A stretch of 64,000 bases of DNA from Bacteroidota bacterium (GCA_018266835.1 JAFDZP010000002.1:779302-843301), one strand, 5' to 3'. Numbered from the stretch's first letter, positions 1 to 9,993 are shown. A program made the numbers and translations. The notes: generated by a model not told the origin, from the letters alone.

Positions 1-1439
1 TTATCGTTTGCGACTAAAAATATATCATAATCTTCTGCTAAATATTTTTTGCAATTATTAAGAACAGCAGAAATTCCTTCTACATAACTATCTTGTGCTT
101 TTTTTCCTTTGCCTTTATAAAGCGGACCTATTTCTAATTCGTCATTTCTATCAAACCCAAATAAATCGTAAGCGTATGCATGCTGCTCGTGATAATCAAT
201 CAATCCTACATAAGGTGGACTTGAAAATATTCCCTTAATTTTTTGTTCCTGCACTAAGCTTCCGAATTCAGGGTTTTTCTTTTTAAGCTCTTCAAAAATA
301 TTAATAGTTCGGCTATCGCCTGTTAAACAGTATTGAAAGGTCTTAGTTTTAATTTTATTAAAATAAGCTAACCTTCCTATAGTATCTTTGCTGTAAGATT
401 CCCACCATTTTAAAATTGAAAATAATGGCTTACAAATTTTACCGTGTTTATGGCAATAATATGTAGTTGTTACAGGTTCTTTTAAAGTAGCTAAATCTGC
501 ATGTGTAGTAGCCCTACATGAGCGAATTGTACGGCTTAATATGATACTAATTATTTTTTTAGTGTCAGAATTTTTTATTTTTTTAATCTTGTCAAAAACA
601 AATTCAACTTCGTCTCTTATCTGTTGTGAATACCATTTATCAAGAAAACTATCAGCTTTATCCTGTTTTAATTTGATTTTGAATTCATCTACAAGATTTT
701 CATAAATGGGTAAAAATTCTCTTTCTCTTTTATAAGAATCTTCTTCTTTTATTAAACCTTGTTTAAGATTGTACTTATATTCAGGAACTGGAAAATATTT
801 ATTGTTAAATTTGTTAAGCTCTGCTAAAAGTTTTAGCTCAAACTCTTGTACGTGAGAATCAAGTAAGAACTCTTTAAGAGCAATAGTGATTTTATCCAGC
901 TCCTTTTTAACATCTTCCAAATCATACTTAGTTACTTTTCCATTGCTGATAAGAGCATTAAAAGCTGAGACATCTATGCCGATAGCATTTATTCCAAGCT
1001 CATTTGATTGCACTAATGTTGTTCCACTACCGCAGAAAGGATCTAGAACTATATCACCTTTTTTGAAATATATTTCTTTTTTAAAGTTATCAACATGATC
1101 ATCAAGGAAATATTCCACAAGCTGAGGAATAAATTTTCCTTTGTAAGGATGAAGACGGTGGACGTGTTTAGTAGTTTCCGATTCAGTGTATTGATCAAAA
1201 GATAAAGCCCAGTTTAAATCATCTCCAAGCTTATCTTTCCAGTCCAGCTCTCTTTTGCCGTTGTAGGATTTATAGTAATTGACTAAATCTTCTTTAACAA
1301 TTTGAGTAGATCCGTTATCTCCGATTTTCTTTACTCTACCGTATTGGATTAAGTAAGATATATTAGAAGGAGTTACAGTCTTTCCTAAATGTTGAGTTGC
1401 CCATTCACTGGCTTCTTTTATTGATAGTAATTCGTTCAT
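1..1439 (-). CDS. DNA methyltransferase (N6-adenine/N4-cytosine type, alpha-like motif order), partial; the C-terminus runs off the window start. Has an N-terminal HTH-like segment.
   Basis: Reverse-strand translation from the ATG at 1439 gives MNELLSIKEASEWATQHLGKTV... It contains the AdoMet motif I DPFCGSGTT and a later catalytic motif IV SPPY separated by ~290 aa. The ORF is open to position 1. Confidence 0.7.
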   Translation of the reverse strand, partial: MNELLSIKEASEWATQHLGKTVTPSNISYLIQYGRVKKIGDNGSTQIVKEDLVNYYKSYNGKRELDWKDKLGDDLNWALSFDQYTESETTKHVHRLHPYKGKFIPQLVEYFLDDHVDNFKKEIYFKKGDIVLDPFCGSGTTLVQSNELGINAIGIDVSAFNALISNGKVTKYDLEDVKKELDKITIALKEFLLDSHVQEFELKLLAELNKFNNKYFPVPEYKYNLKQGLIKEEDSYKREREFLPIYENLVDEFKIKLKQDKADSFLDKWYSQQIRDEVEFVFDKIKKIKNSDTKKIISIILSRTIRSCRATTHADLATLKEPVTTTYYCHKHGKICKPLFSILKWWESYSKDTIGRLAYFNKIKTKTFQYCLTGDSRTINIFEELKKKNPEFGSLVQEQKIKGIFSSPPYVGLIDYHEQHAYAYDLFGFDRNDELEIGPLYKGKGKKAQDSYVEGISAVLNNCKKYLAEDYDIFLVAND

Positions 1440-1532
1440 TAAGTAAATTCGAGTATGCTTAAATAATTGTGGTATGTAAATATAAAGAAATTATATTTTT
1501 ATTAATATAACTTAATAGAGTTTTTGGAGATA

Positions 1533-1660
1533 CATTCCCAACGAGGACGTTGGGAATGAGGGAAGAGCACTAGCGTTGTGGATGATTGGATTCCCGCCTT
1601 CGCGGGAATGACATGTTGTGTGTTAAACCACCCCTAACCCCTCCTTGGTAAGGAAGGGGA
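1533..1660. repeat. Cluster of three GC-rich hairpins, the third a member of the dispersed REP-like family. Hairpins are cattcccaacg-agga-cgttgggaatg (1533-1558), attcccgc-cttc-gcgggaat (1589-1609), and aaccacccctaa-cccctcctt-ggtaa-ggaagggga (1626-1660).
   Basis: Inverted repeats read directly. The local GC is far above the surrounding intergenic AT-rich sequence. The same ccacccc..cccctccttg..aaggagggg module recurs at 20800, 63463, 63550 and 63646. Confidence 0.7.
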
Positions 1661-1673
1661 CATTGCAAATCCA

Positions 1674-1705
1674 TTCATAATTCATAATTCTCAATTCATA
1701 ATTGA
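1674..1705. repeat. Short tandem TTCATAA(TT) repeat, ~4 units
   Basis: cattcataattcataattctcaattcataattgagg read directly. Confidence 0.6.
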
Positions 1706-1875
1706 GGAAAATTGCCTTTAATCTTTCACGGGTAAAAATTATATTTACAAATACATATTTGCGCTAAAAATGCGGCTATCGTGTATATTTTAATGCGAGA
1801 CTTCAGCACGAAGTTTTTTTACGTTAGTGCCTGAAGTTTTTTTGTAATAGAAACTAATAACAAAAAGGATTTATA

Positions 1876-2904
1876 ATGTCTAAAAGATTTCTTCCTGCAA
1901 TAATTTTAATAATTTTTATTTCGACGGGACTTATTACCCTGCAAAGCTGTAACAAGAACGGCACTGATAAAAAAGATTCCACAAAATCCTCGGGCAATGA
2001 CCTGATAAAGGGAGATAAGATCTCTTTGAAAATGCTTCCTAAGAAGGGAGATGTTTTCAGATATTCGATGGTGGCAAAGACGGTTACGAAGGAAAACTCG
2101 CCTATGACTGATAAAAAAGACGTAAGCCAGGAGCAGACGATAACTTACTATTACTCGGAAGAGGTAACTGATACGGCTAACGGCGTAACGGCTTTCAAGG
2201 TAAAGTACGACAGCATAAATGTTGTATCGGTAATTCCGACATCGAAAGATTCATCGGTGACGATTGTGTATAACTCGAACGTGAAGGACTCAATTTACAA
2301 GAAGGCGGATTTTATACAGTATAATTCTATCATCGGCGAGCCGTTCAATGTATCGGTAACTCCTAAGGGAGAGGTGACCGATATTTACGGACTGCAGAAA
2401 ATCTATGATAAGATGTTCAAGGCGTTTGGGGATACACTGAAGGAAGCTGAGAAGAGCCAGATAAAGGAGAGCTTCGGGAACGATGCGATAAAATCGGTGC
2501 TGCAGCAGCAGTTCCAGATATTCCCTGATAATGACGTAGTGAAGGACTCTGCGTGGACGCGTTCATACGATACGCAGCTGCTGGTATTCCCGGGCAGAAA
2601 CAGTCTGAAGTATAAGATTACCGATGTGAAGACGGAGAACGGCGAGGTGATTCTGACGATAGATGCAGACCTCTCGACTGAATTGCTGAAGGACGAAATG
2701 AAGGATAAGACTGTGACGTACAAGGTGGAGAACTCGAGCTTTAACGGAAAGGGCACGATACTATTTAATCTGACGAGGGGATGCGTTGTGAAGAAAGAGA
2801 CGACGACGAAGATAGATTTGAATTTGAAGATGTCGGGCGGCGGGCAGTCGATCTCGAGCGCGCAGAACGTTTTGACGAGCATGAATGTTTATTTAATGAA
2901 ATAG
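1876..2904 (+). CDS. Hypothetical lipoprotein with compositionally atypical codon usage
   Basis: Signal peptide with lipobox (ITLQSC). Local GC is ~45% versus ~33% in the flanks, with a strong preference for ACG/GCG/TCG/CCG codons that is absent from neighbouring genes. Confidence 0.6.
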   Translation: MSKRFLPAIILIIFISTGLITLQSCNKNGTDKKDSTKSSGNDLIKGDKISLKMLPKKGDVFRYSMVAKTVTKENSPMTDKKDVSQEQTITYYYSEEVTDTANGVTAFKVKYDSINVVSVIPTSKDSSVTIVYNSNVKDSIYKKADFIQYNSIIGEPFNVSVTPKGEVTDIYGLQKIYDKMFKAFGDTLKEAEKSQIKESFGNDAIKSVLQQQFQIFPDNDVVKDSAWTRSYDTQLLVFPGRNSLKYKITDVKTENGEVILTIDADLSTELLKDEMKDKTVTYKVENSSFNGKGTILFNLTRGCVVKKETTTKIDLNLKMSGGGQSISSAQNVLTSMNVYLMK

Positions 2905-3014
2905 CAGCGATGAGAAAAAGTAAGTTTGGTAAGTTCTTTTAATTTTTAATATGGTAATCCCGCTCCGGCGGGATTATTTTTATACGGTAATTTTTTAATT
3001 TTAACCCTAGAAAA

Positions 3015-3659
3015 ATGTTAAAAGTAAATGAGGTCAGTCATCCGTTAGTAGCGCATTATTTAACGATATTGCGCGAGAAGACGACGGGGAAAGCGCAGTT
3101 CAAGCAATCGCTGGAGAAGATATCGTATGTAATGGCGGTAGAGGTGTTTTCAAAGCTGAACAGCGAAGTAAAGATTGTTGAGACACCGTTAATGAAGGCC
3201 AAAGGCAGTAAAATAAAGAATAAAGTAGTGCTTTTACCCATTTTACGCGCCGGCTTAGGCATGACAGAGGGTTTTATGAATTTGTATCCGGAAATTATAG
3301 TTTCCCATATCGGGTTATATAGAGATGAAGAGAACCTAAAGCCTGTTAAATACTACTTCAAATTTCCTCAGATAAAAGATAAGGAACATGTGAATGTAAT
3401 AATTGTTGATCCGATGGTTGCGACTGGTGGAAGTGTCATTTTTACTGTTGAATATTTATTAAGTATGGGAATAAAAAATATATCTATTGTTTCGTTGATA
3501 AGCGCACCTGAAGGAATAAATTCTATCGACAAGCGTTTCAGTGCAGCAGAAAAGGAAGGACTTTCATTTTATACATGTAAAATTGATGAAAAGCTAAACA
3601 ATAAAGGTTATATACTTCCGGGCTTAGGTGATGCAGGTGATAGAATGTTTGGTACATAA
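3015..3659 (+). CDS. upp: Uracil phosphoribosyltransferase
   Basis: HPLVAHYLTILR N-terminus, LLPILRAGLGM, and the PRPP loop DPMVATGGS. Confidence 0.85.
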   Translation: MLKVNEVSHPLVAHYLTILREKTTGKAQFKQSLEKISYVMAVEVFSKLNSEVKIVETPLMKAKGSKIKNKVVLLPILRAGLGMTEGFMNLYPEIIVSHIGLYRDEENLKPVKYYFKFPQIKDKEHVNVIIVDPMVATGGSVIFTVEYLLSMGIKNISIVSLISAPEGINSIDKRFSAAEKEGLSFYTCKIDEKLNNKGYILPGLGDAGDRMFGT

Positions 3660-3696
3660 CAGAATTTACGAGTCAACCGAAAGGAATTAATAAAAA

Positions 3697-5913
3697 ATGT
3701 TATCCACTTTATATAAGAAAAAATTAGATGAACTGCTTGCTGTCTGTCATAAAAATATACCTGCAAATAAGGTAAATGACAAACTGATAACTCACGCATT
3801 TCAGTTTTCACTTGATGCGCACAAAAATGATAAACGTGCATCGGGCGAACCTTTTTTTTCTCATCCATATGAAGTGGCTACTATCATTGCACGGGAAATA
3901 GCATTAGATGATGTCTCAGTTGCCGCAGCATTGTTGCACGATGTTGTTGAAGATACAAAATTTAATTTAAAAGATATTAAACTTGAGTTCGGTGATAAGA
4001 TTGCTGAAATAGTTGACGGCGCAACGAAGATAGACGGTATTTTTGAAAACTACGAGCTAAAACAGGTAGAATCATATCGTAAAATGCTTCTCTCCATGAC
4101 ATCAGATATTCGTGTGATGCTCATAAAATTTGCCGACAGACTTCATAATCTTCGTACTCTTGAATTTCTTTCCAATCCACGTCAGATGCGAATGGCACAA
4201 GAGACGCTGGAAATATTCGCTCCGTTCGCTCACAGATTCGGACTCGCAAACGTAAAAGCAGAACTTGAAGATCTCTCATTCAAATATTTAGACAGACCTG
4301 CTTACGATGAACTTGCAAAAAAACTAAACGAAAAGAAAAGAGAACGTGATAAACTCATAAATAGATTTATAGATCCAATAAGGCAAAAACTTGCTACTGA
4401 AGGTTATAAATTTGAAATTTATGGAAGAGCAAAACACCTATATAGTATTTACAAAAAGATAAAAGCACGTAACAAAAGTTTTGATGAGCTTTATGATTTA
4501 TTCGCAGTAAGAATTGTACTTGATACACAGGATAAAAATGACTGTTTCTCTGCTTATGGAATTTGCTCAAGTATTTACATACCCAACCCCGATAGATTTA
4601 AGGACTATATTTCTCTCCCAAAGCAAAACGGTTATCAATCCATCCATACAACTTTGGTGAGCAAAGAAGGTAAGATGGTTGAAGTTCAAATAAGAACCAA
4701 AGATATGCACGAAGTTGCAGAAAAAGGTGTTGCTGCTCACTGGAAGTATAAAGAGAATACAAATATAAACGATGAGAATCTTGAGAACTGGATGAAATCT
4801 GTTAGAGAGTCTCTTGAAAATGCAACTAAAGATGAGTCATCTTCCGCCATCATGGATAGCTTTAAGCTTAATCTTTATCAGGATGAAATTTATTGCTTTA
4901 CCCCTAAGGGAGAATTGAAAGTCTTACCTGCAGGAGCAACCGCCGTTGATTTTGCTTTCGACATTCATACTGAAGTTGGTTACAAGTGTATAGGAGCAAA
5001 AATTAACGGAAAGATAGTTACATTAGATACTAAACTAAGAAGCGGCGATCAGATAGAAATTATCACATCAAAAAGTCAGACTCCCAAAAGAGACTGGGAA
5101 AAATTTGTTGTAACACATAAAGCTAAATCGGATATAAGAAAATATTTCAATACTGAAAAAAGAGTTTTAGCAGGTAGAGGAAAAGAAATTTGGGAAAAGA
5201 AAATCAAAAAACATAAACTTCATTTCAGCGAAGAATTGTTTTTAAAAGTTATTCATAAACTTAAGCATAAAGAAATTTCTCAGTTTTATTATGAAGTTGC
5301 TGCTGATGAAAAGAAAGCTGATGAAGCTATAGAGATATTATCAGATGTAAATAAAATTCAGAACCTTGATAAAAGTCCTCAGCTTAATGAAAAAATTGCA
5401 AAATCTAATGACCCCGTTGCTTCATTCGATAAATTTGTAAACGACGCAAGGTCACAGCAGAGTAAAATTTCTATTGGAGATTCTTCACTTGCTGATTTAC
5501 AATATTCATTTGCAAAATGCTGCCATCCTATTCCCGGAGATGAAGTGATAGGGTTTATTACAAAAACTGAGGGTGTTAAAATTCACAGAAAGAATTGTAA
5601 AAATCTTGTTCATCTTTTTTTACAGGATCCCCACAGAGTTGTTGACATAAACTGGAGTGACAGCGGAACCGGAGATTTTACTGCAGGCATTAAAATTATC
5701 GGCGAAGACAGGGCAGGCATATTAAACGATATTACCAATACAATCTCGAAAAATTATAAAGTTAATATCAAAAGTGTTAACGTAGTTACAAAAGCATCAA
5801 TGTTTGAAGGTAATTTCATTTTGCAAATCACAAATCTAAAACAGTTAAACGATATAATAGAAAAAATAATGCAGCAGGAAGGCGTATTTACTGCTTCCCG
5901 CTTTGACGAATAA
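3697..5913 (+). CDS. spoT: Bifunctional (p)ppGpp synthetase/hydrolase (RelA/SpoT homologue)
   Basis: 738 aa. HD hydrolase motif (HDVVEDT), RelA/SpoT synthetase region, and TGS and C-terminal ACT-like regions in the standard order. Confidence 0.85.
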   Translation: MLSTLYKKKLDELLAVCHKNIPANKVNDKLITHAFQFSLDAHKNDKRASGEPFFSHPYEVATIIAREIALDDVSVAAALLHDVVEDTKFNLKDIKLEFGDKIAEIVDGATKIDGIFENYELKQVESYRKMLLSMTSDIRVMLIKFADRLHNLRTLEFLSNPRQMRMAQETLEIFAPFAHRFGLANVKAELEDLSFKYLDRPAYDELAKKLNEKKRERDKLINRFIDPIRQKLATEGYKFEIYGRAKHLYSIYKKIKARNKSFDELYDLFAVRIVLDTQDKNDCFSAYGICSSIYIPNPDRFKDYISLPKQNGYQSIHTTLVSKEGKMVEVQIRTKDMHEVAEKGVAAHWKYKENTNINDENLENWMKSVRESLENATKDESSSAIMDSFKLNLYQDEIYCFTPKGELKVLPAGATAVDFAFDIHTEVGYKCIGAKINGKIVTLDTKLRSGDQIEIITSKSQTPKRDWEKFVVTHKAKSDIRKYFNTEKRVLAGRGKEIWEKKIKKHKLHFSEELFLKVIHKLKHKEISQFYYEVAADEKKADEAIEILSDVNKIQNLDKSPQLNEKIAKSNDPVASFDKFVNDARSQQSKISIGDSSLADLQYSFAKCCHPIPGDEVIGFITKTEGVKIHRKNCKNLVHLFLQDPHRVVDINWSDSGTGDFTAGIKIIGEDRAGILNDITNTISKNYKVNIKSVNVVTKASMFEGNFILQITNLKQLNDIIEKIMQQEGVFTASRFDE

Positions 5914-5938
5914 ATTCATTAATTAATTTCTTTTATTT

Positions 5939-7006
5939 ATGAAAAAATTTATCCCCTTTTTAATTCTCACCGTAATTTCAATTTATATTTTTACTGGAAG
6001 TAAGAACATTAACACTTCAAAAATCTCAGAGGACACATTATACTTCGAAGGAGAAAAACATCTAAAGAATATTAAGCAATTAACATTCGGCGGAGAAAAT
6101 GCTGAAGCATATTTTTCATTCGACGGTAAAAAACTTTCTTTCCAATCAACACGCGAAGGAAGAGATTGTGACCAGATCTACAAAATGAATATAGACGGCT
6201 CTGAACAAACTTTGGTCAGCACGGGTAAAGGCAGAACAACCTGCGCATATTACATGCCCGATAACAAACACATTCTTTTTGCTTCAACACATCTTGTGAG
6301 TGATTTATGTCCGCCCAAACCTGATTTAAGAAAAGGATATGTCTGGGCACTTTATGATTCTTATGATATCTTCGTTGCAACAGAACAAGGAGAAATTGTA
6401 AAGCAATTAACTAATGAAAAAGCATACGATGCCGAAGCAACAATTTCACCTTTAGGTGACAGAATAGTTTTTACTTCAACACGAAACGGCGATATTGATT
6501 TATATAGCATGAACCTGGACGGAACAGATATAAAACAATTAACAGATGAACTTGGATACGATGGCGGAGCATTTTATTCATATGACGGAAAGAAAATTAT
6601 TTATAGAAGAACAAGATTTGAAAATGATGAGGCAAAAGAAAAATATAAAGAACTTTTAGGTCAGGGATTAATAAGACCGACATTACTTGATATATATGTA
6701 ATGGATGCTGACGGAAGCAACAAAACAAGAATCACACATAATACATCAGCAAATTTTGCCCCGTACTTTTTTCCTGACGGAAAAAGAATTTTATTCTGCT
6801 CCAATATAGAAGACCCCCAGGGAAGAAACTTTGACGTGTATGCAATTAATATTGACGGAACGAATCTAGAAAAAATTACTAACTGTCCCGAGTTTGACGG
6901 TTTCCCGATGTTTTCTCCCGACGGGAAAAAATTAGTTTTCTGCTCTAACAGAAATGACAGAATAAAAGGTGAGACAAACGTTTTTATTTGTGACTGGGTA
7001 GATTAG
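5939..7006 (+). CDS. Secreted TolB-like beta-propeller protein (PD40 repeats)
   Basis: Signal peptide plus repeated SPDGKK(L/I)xF.S.R / DG.xI PD40-type motifs. Confidence 0.5.
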   Translation: MKKFIPFLILTVISIYIFTGSKNINTSKISEDTLYFEGEKHLKNIKQLTFGGENAEAYFSFDGKKLSFQSTREGRDCDQIYKMNIDGSEQTLVSTGKGRTTCAYYMPDNKHILFASTHLVSDLCPPKPDLRKGYVWALYDSYDIFVATEQGEIVKQLTNEKAYDAEATISPLGDRIVFTSTRNGDIDLYSMNLDGTDIKQLTDELGYDGGAFYSYDGKKIIYRRTRFENDEAKEKYKELLGQGLIRPTLLDIYVMDADGSNKTRITHNTSANFAPYFFPDGKRILFCSNIEDPQGRNFDVYAINIDGTNLEKITNCPEFDGFPMFSPDGKKLVFCSNRNDRIKGETNVFICDWVD

Positions 7007-7007
7007 T

Positions 7008-7373
7008 TTACACGTACTCACAAGTAACAGCAGCGCAGGCATAATCTTCTGTATGTGAAATGCTTACATGATAGATTAATTTGGAAAATTCATTCTCTTC
7101 TATATGATGAATGTAAGGTTTACCGCGTTTATCATTTAAGATTTCGATATCTTTCCATTTGAAATCTTTTCCAATACCTGTACCCAATGATTTTGAATAA
7201 GCTTCTTTCGCAGCGAACCTTCCTGCGAAATGAAGCTCCGGTTTTGAATATGTTTTGCAATAGGCAATTTCTGCATCAGTTAAGATTCTCTGAAAGAATC
7301 TGTCGCCATGCTCCTCAATTATTCTCTTAATCCTTTTTACTTCTATAATATCTATACCAACTCCTTTTATCAT
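7008..7373 (-). CDS. acpS: Holo-[acyl-carrier-protein] synthase
   Basis: 121 aa. MIKGVGIDIIEVKRI N-terminus is typical of AcpS. Overlaps the upstream HAD gene by 4 nt. Confidence 0.8.
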   Translation of the reverse strand: MIKGVGIDIIEVKRIKRIIEEHGDRFFQRILTDAEIAYCKTYSKPELHFAGRFAAKEAYSKSLGTGIGKDFKWKDIEILNDKRGKPYIHHIEENEFSKLIYHVSISHTEDYACAAVTCEYV

Positions 7374-8056
7374 GCAATTCCGTTTTCGGTTTTTACGATT
7401 TTTATAAGTTCCCTTATATCATTTATATCATAATCAGAATCCGGATTTTCCGTATTGAATGTATCTCCGTATCTCGCAAAAACTGTTTTCATGCCCACAA
7501 CTTTTGCTCCTACCATATCACGCTCAGCCCAGTCACCAATCATAAGACACTCTTTGGCTTCAAGATTTAATTGCTTCAATGCAAGATTGAAAGGTACAGG
7601 TGAAGGTTTTCTTTCGCGCGCCTCATCATAAGTAATAATTACATCAAAGATATGATGTAGGTTCAGATATGATAATCTTAACCATGCTTCTTTTGAAGGT
7701 GCATCGGAAACGATGGCGAGCTTTATTCCCATTTTGATGAGCTCTATCAGAGTTGAATAAACTCCGGGATATGTTTTTAAGTTCGCTTCCCGCTCTATTC
7801 TGTAAGCAACAATTCCTGCAGATAAAATTTTGTAATCAATCTTGCCGAGAAGATCAGTAAGCATCTGGTCAAATACAGTCTGAAATTCTATTCCCTCATC
7901 TTTATAAATTGCATCTATTCTTGCCTTTGCTTCTTCAAATGAAAGATTTAATCCGGCATCCTGCATTGCAACTATAGCAGCACGGACTGCACCGTTTTTC
8001 ATAAGCATGAAATCCATGAGTGTGTTATCTAAATCAAATACTATCGCTTTTATCAA
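7370..8056 (-). CDS. HAD-superfamily hydrolase
   Basis: DxDxT motif I (VFDLDNTLMD) and later HAD motifs. Confidence 0.7.
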   Translation of the reverse strand: MIKAIVFDLDNTLMDFMLMKNGAVRAAIVAMQDAGLNLSFEEAKARIDAIYKDEGIEFQTVFDQMLTDLLGKIDYKILSAGIVAYRIEREANLKTYPGVYSTLIELIKMGIKLAIVSDAPSKEAWLRLSYLNLHHIFDVIITYDEARERKPSPVPFNLALKQLNLEAKECLMIGDWAERDMVGAKVVGMKTVFARYGDTFNTENPDSDYDINDIRELIKIVKTENGIA

Positions 8057-8074
8057 AATATTTTGTAATTAAAA

Positions 8075-8524
8075 TTAATTTTTACTGCACTCTTTGCACA
8101 CACCAAAAAATTCCAGTGAATGAGAAATATCTTTATAGCCTTTTTTAACCAACATCTTTTCAATTTCTTTTGTAAGGCATTGCTCAACGTTTTCAATCTT
8201 CTTACATTTTTTGCAAACTATATGGTGGTGGTGGTGCCTGTCAAAAACAAGTTCGTAACGCTTGAACTCATCTCTGAAATTTACTTCTGAAACAATTTTT
8301 AAATCTACAAAAAGATTTACCGTTCTGTAAATAGTGGCGAGGTCAATTTTTTTATTGTGATTATCTTTGTTAATAAGCTCGTGAATTTCAGACATCGTTA
8401 ACGGATTGTGATTTGATTTTAATACTTTAAGTACGCCTAGTCTTGGCAAAGTTATTCTTTGTGAGTTCTCCAGAAGCACAAGCTTAAATTCATCATATGA
8501 CATTTTATCAGTTTTCATTATCAT
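8075..8524 (-). CDS. Fur-family metalloregulator (Fur/Zur/PerR-like)
   Basis: 149 aa with an N-terminal winged helix, an HHHHH tract, and CKKC...CKEC metal site. The start overlaps the hbd stop (TAATG). Confidence 0.75.
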   Translation of the reverse strand: MIMKTDKMSYDEFKLVLLENSQRITLPRLGVLKVLKSNHNPLTMSEIHELINKDNHNKKIDLATIYRTVNLFVDLKIVSEVNFRDEFKRYELVFDRHHHHHIVCKKCKKIENVEQCLTKEIEKMLVKKGYKDISHSLEFFGVCKECSKN

Positions 8525-9393
8525 TATTTATCGTAAGAATAAAATCCTTTTTTTGTTTTTCTTCCGAGCAAATTAGCATCAACCATTTTTTTCTGAATAA
8601 AATTCGGACGGTACTTTGCATCATTAAAGAACGCATCGTAAACAGATTTTGTTACTGAGAAGTTTACATCAATTCCGATTAAATCCATCAGCTCAAATGG
8701 TCCCATAGCAAATCCGCCGCAAGTCTTCATTACGCTATCTATAGTTTTCACATCTGATGTGCCTTCACTTAAAATTCTTAAAGCTTCGCCGTAGAAAGGA
8801 CGGGCAATTCGATTTACAATAAACGCAGGAGTATCTTTTGCAAGCACAGGGACTTTCTTTATTGCTAAAGTTAATTCAGTGGTTGCTTTAATTGCAGAAT
8901 CAGAAGTAAAGTCTCCTTTCACAATTTCTACGAGCTTCATAATATTAGCAGGATTGAAAAAGTGCATACCAATAACTCTCTCAGGATTCTTTTTTACAAT
9001 AGTAGAAATTGTTGTAATTGAAAGTGATGATGTATTTGTTGAAAGGATAACATTATCTCTGCAGATAATATCTAAGTCGGTAAACAGTTTTTTCTTCAAG
9101 TCCATACTTTCAGGAGCTGCTTCAATTATAAAATCTGCACCGGAAAAAGAATTGAAATCCGAAGTAAGATAGAGTCTGCCGAGAATTTGTTCTTTGGCTT
9201 CTAAAGTAATTTTATTTTTCTCAACTCCTTTTTGCAAACCTTTATCTATCGATGCCTTTGCATTTGAGATAATTTCATCGTTTATATCATAGAGGATAGT
9301 ATTGTATCCGGCAGTTGCTGTGGAAATTGCAATTCCCCTGCCCATCGTGCCGGAGCCGATTACTCCGATTGTTTTTATATCGCTAAAATTCAT
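8524..9393 (-). CDS. hbd: 3-hydroxybutyryl-CoA / 3-hydroxyacyl-CoA dehydrogenase
   Basis: Rossmann motif IGVIGSGTMGRGIA followed by a 3HCDH C-terminal domain. Confidence 0.75.
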   Translation of the reverse strand: MNFSDIKTIGVIGSGTMGRGIAISTATAGYNTILYDINDEIISNAKASIDKGLQKGVEKNKITLEAKEQILGRLYLTSDFNSFSGADFIIEAAPESMDLKKKLFTDLDIICRDNVILSTNTSSLSITTISTIVKKNPERVIGMHFFNPANIMKLVEIVKGDFTSDSAIKATTELTLAIKKVPVLAKDTPAFIVNRIARPFYGEALRILSEGTSDVKTIDSVMKTCGGFAMGPFELMDLIGIDVNFSVTKSVYDAFFNDAKYRPNFIQKKMVDANLLGRKTKKGFYSYDK

Positions 9394-9486
9394 TATTATA
9401 TTTTGTTATATAATTTGCGTTTTTCAGAGGAGAAATTAAATTCAAAAAAGATTCTTTTATAGCTATTTTAAGCTTTAAATAGAGTT

Positions 9487-9993
9487 ATGAAATTTATCTG
9501 GATAAGCGGGTCAATTAATTCAGGCAAAAGCACAATCGCCGCTGAATTGAATAAGAGAATTAGGAAATCTGTAAACATCGAATGTGATTCATTACGGCAT
9601 TTTGCAACGCATGAAAATCTTGAAACAATTGGTGATTACATTTCTACAGACGCATTAGACCTTGCAAAGAAATGGATTGAAAGAGGTTATCTGCCGATAG
9701 TCACATGGCCAATGTATGGCGAAGGATTAAAGAAGCTGATAAGTTATTCTAAAGAACTTGGCATTGAACCGGTTATAATCAACTTAATTCCTTCCAAAGA
9801 AACTGCCAAACAAAACAGAGGAGAAAGAGAACTTACAGAAAAAGAATTTAACCGGATTGAGTATATGTACGAAGTTGAAAATATCGGAAATCCTGAACTG
9901 GGATTTTCGATTGACAATTCTAATCAAACTGTTGACGAAACCGTAAAAGAAGTTATGGCACATATTTCAGAAATATCAAAATCCTACTTATAA
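9487..9993 (+). CDS. Small P-loop NTPase/kinase of unknown specificity
   Basis: Walker A ISGSINSGKST. 168 aa. The 3' end overlaps the convergent folC stop by 10 nt. Confidence 0.5.
   Translation: MKFIWISGSINSGKSTIAAELNKRIRKSVNIECDSLRHFATHENLETIGDYISTDALDLAKKWIERGYLPIVTWPMYGEGLKKLISYSKELGIEPVIINLIPSKETAKQNRGERELTEKEFNRIEYMYEVENIGNPELGFSIDNSNQTVDETVKEVMAHISEISKSYL

Noticed and set aside
886-1098. 70-aa ORF on the + strand
   Set aside because: Lies entirely antisense within the well-supported methyltransferase gene; no independent signal.
2403-2882. 159-aa minus-strand ORF
   Set aside because: Antisense to the lipoprotein gene; a low-complexity translation with no start context.
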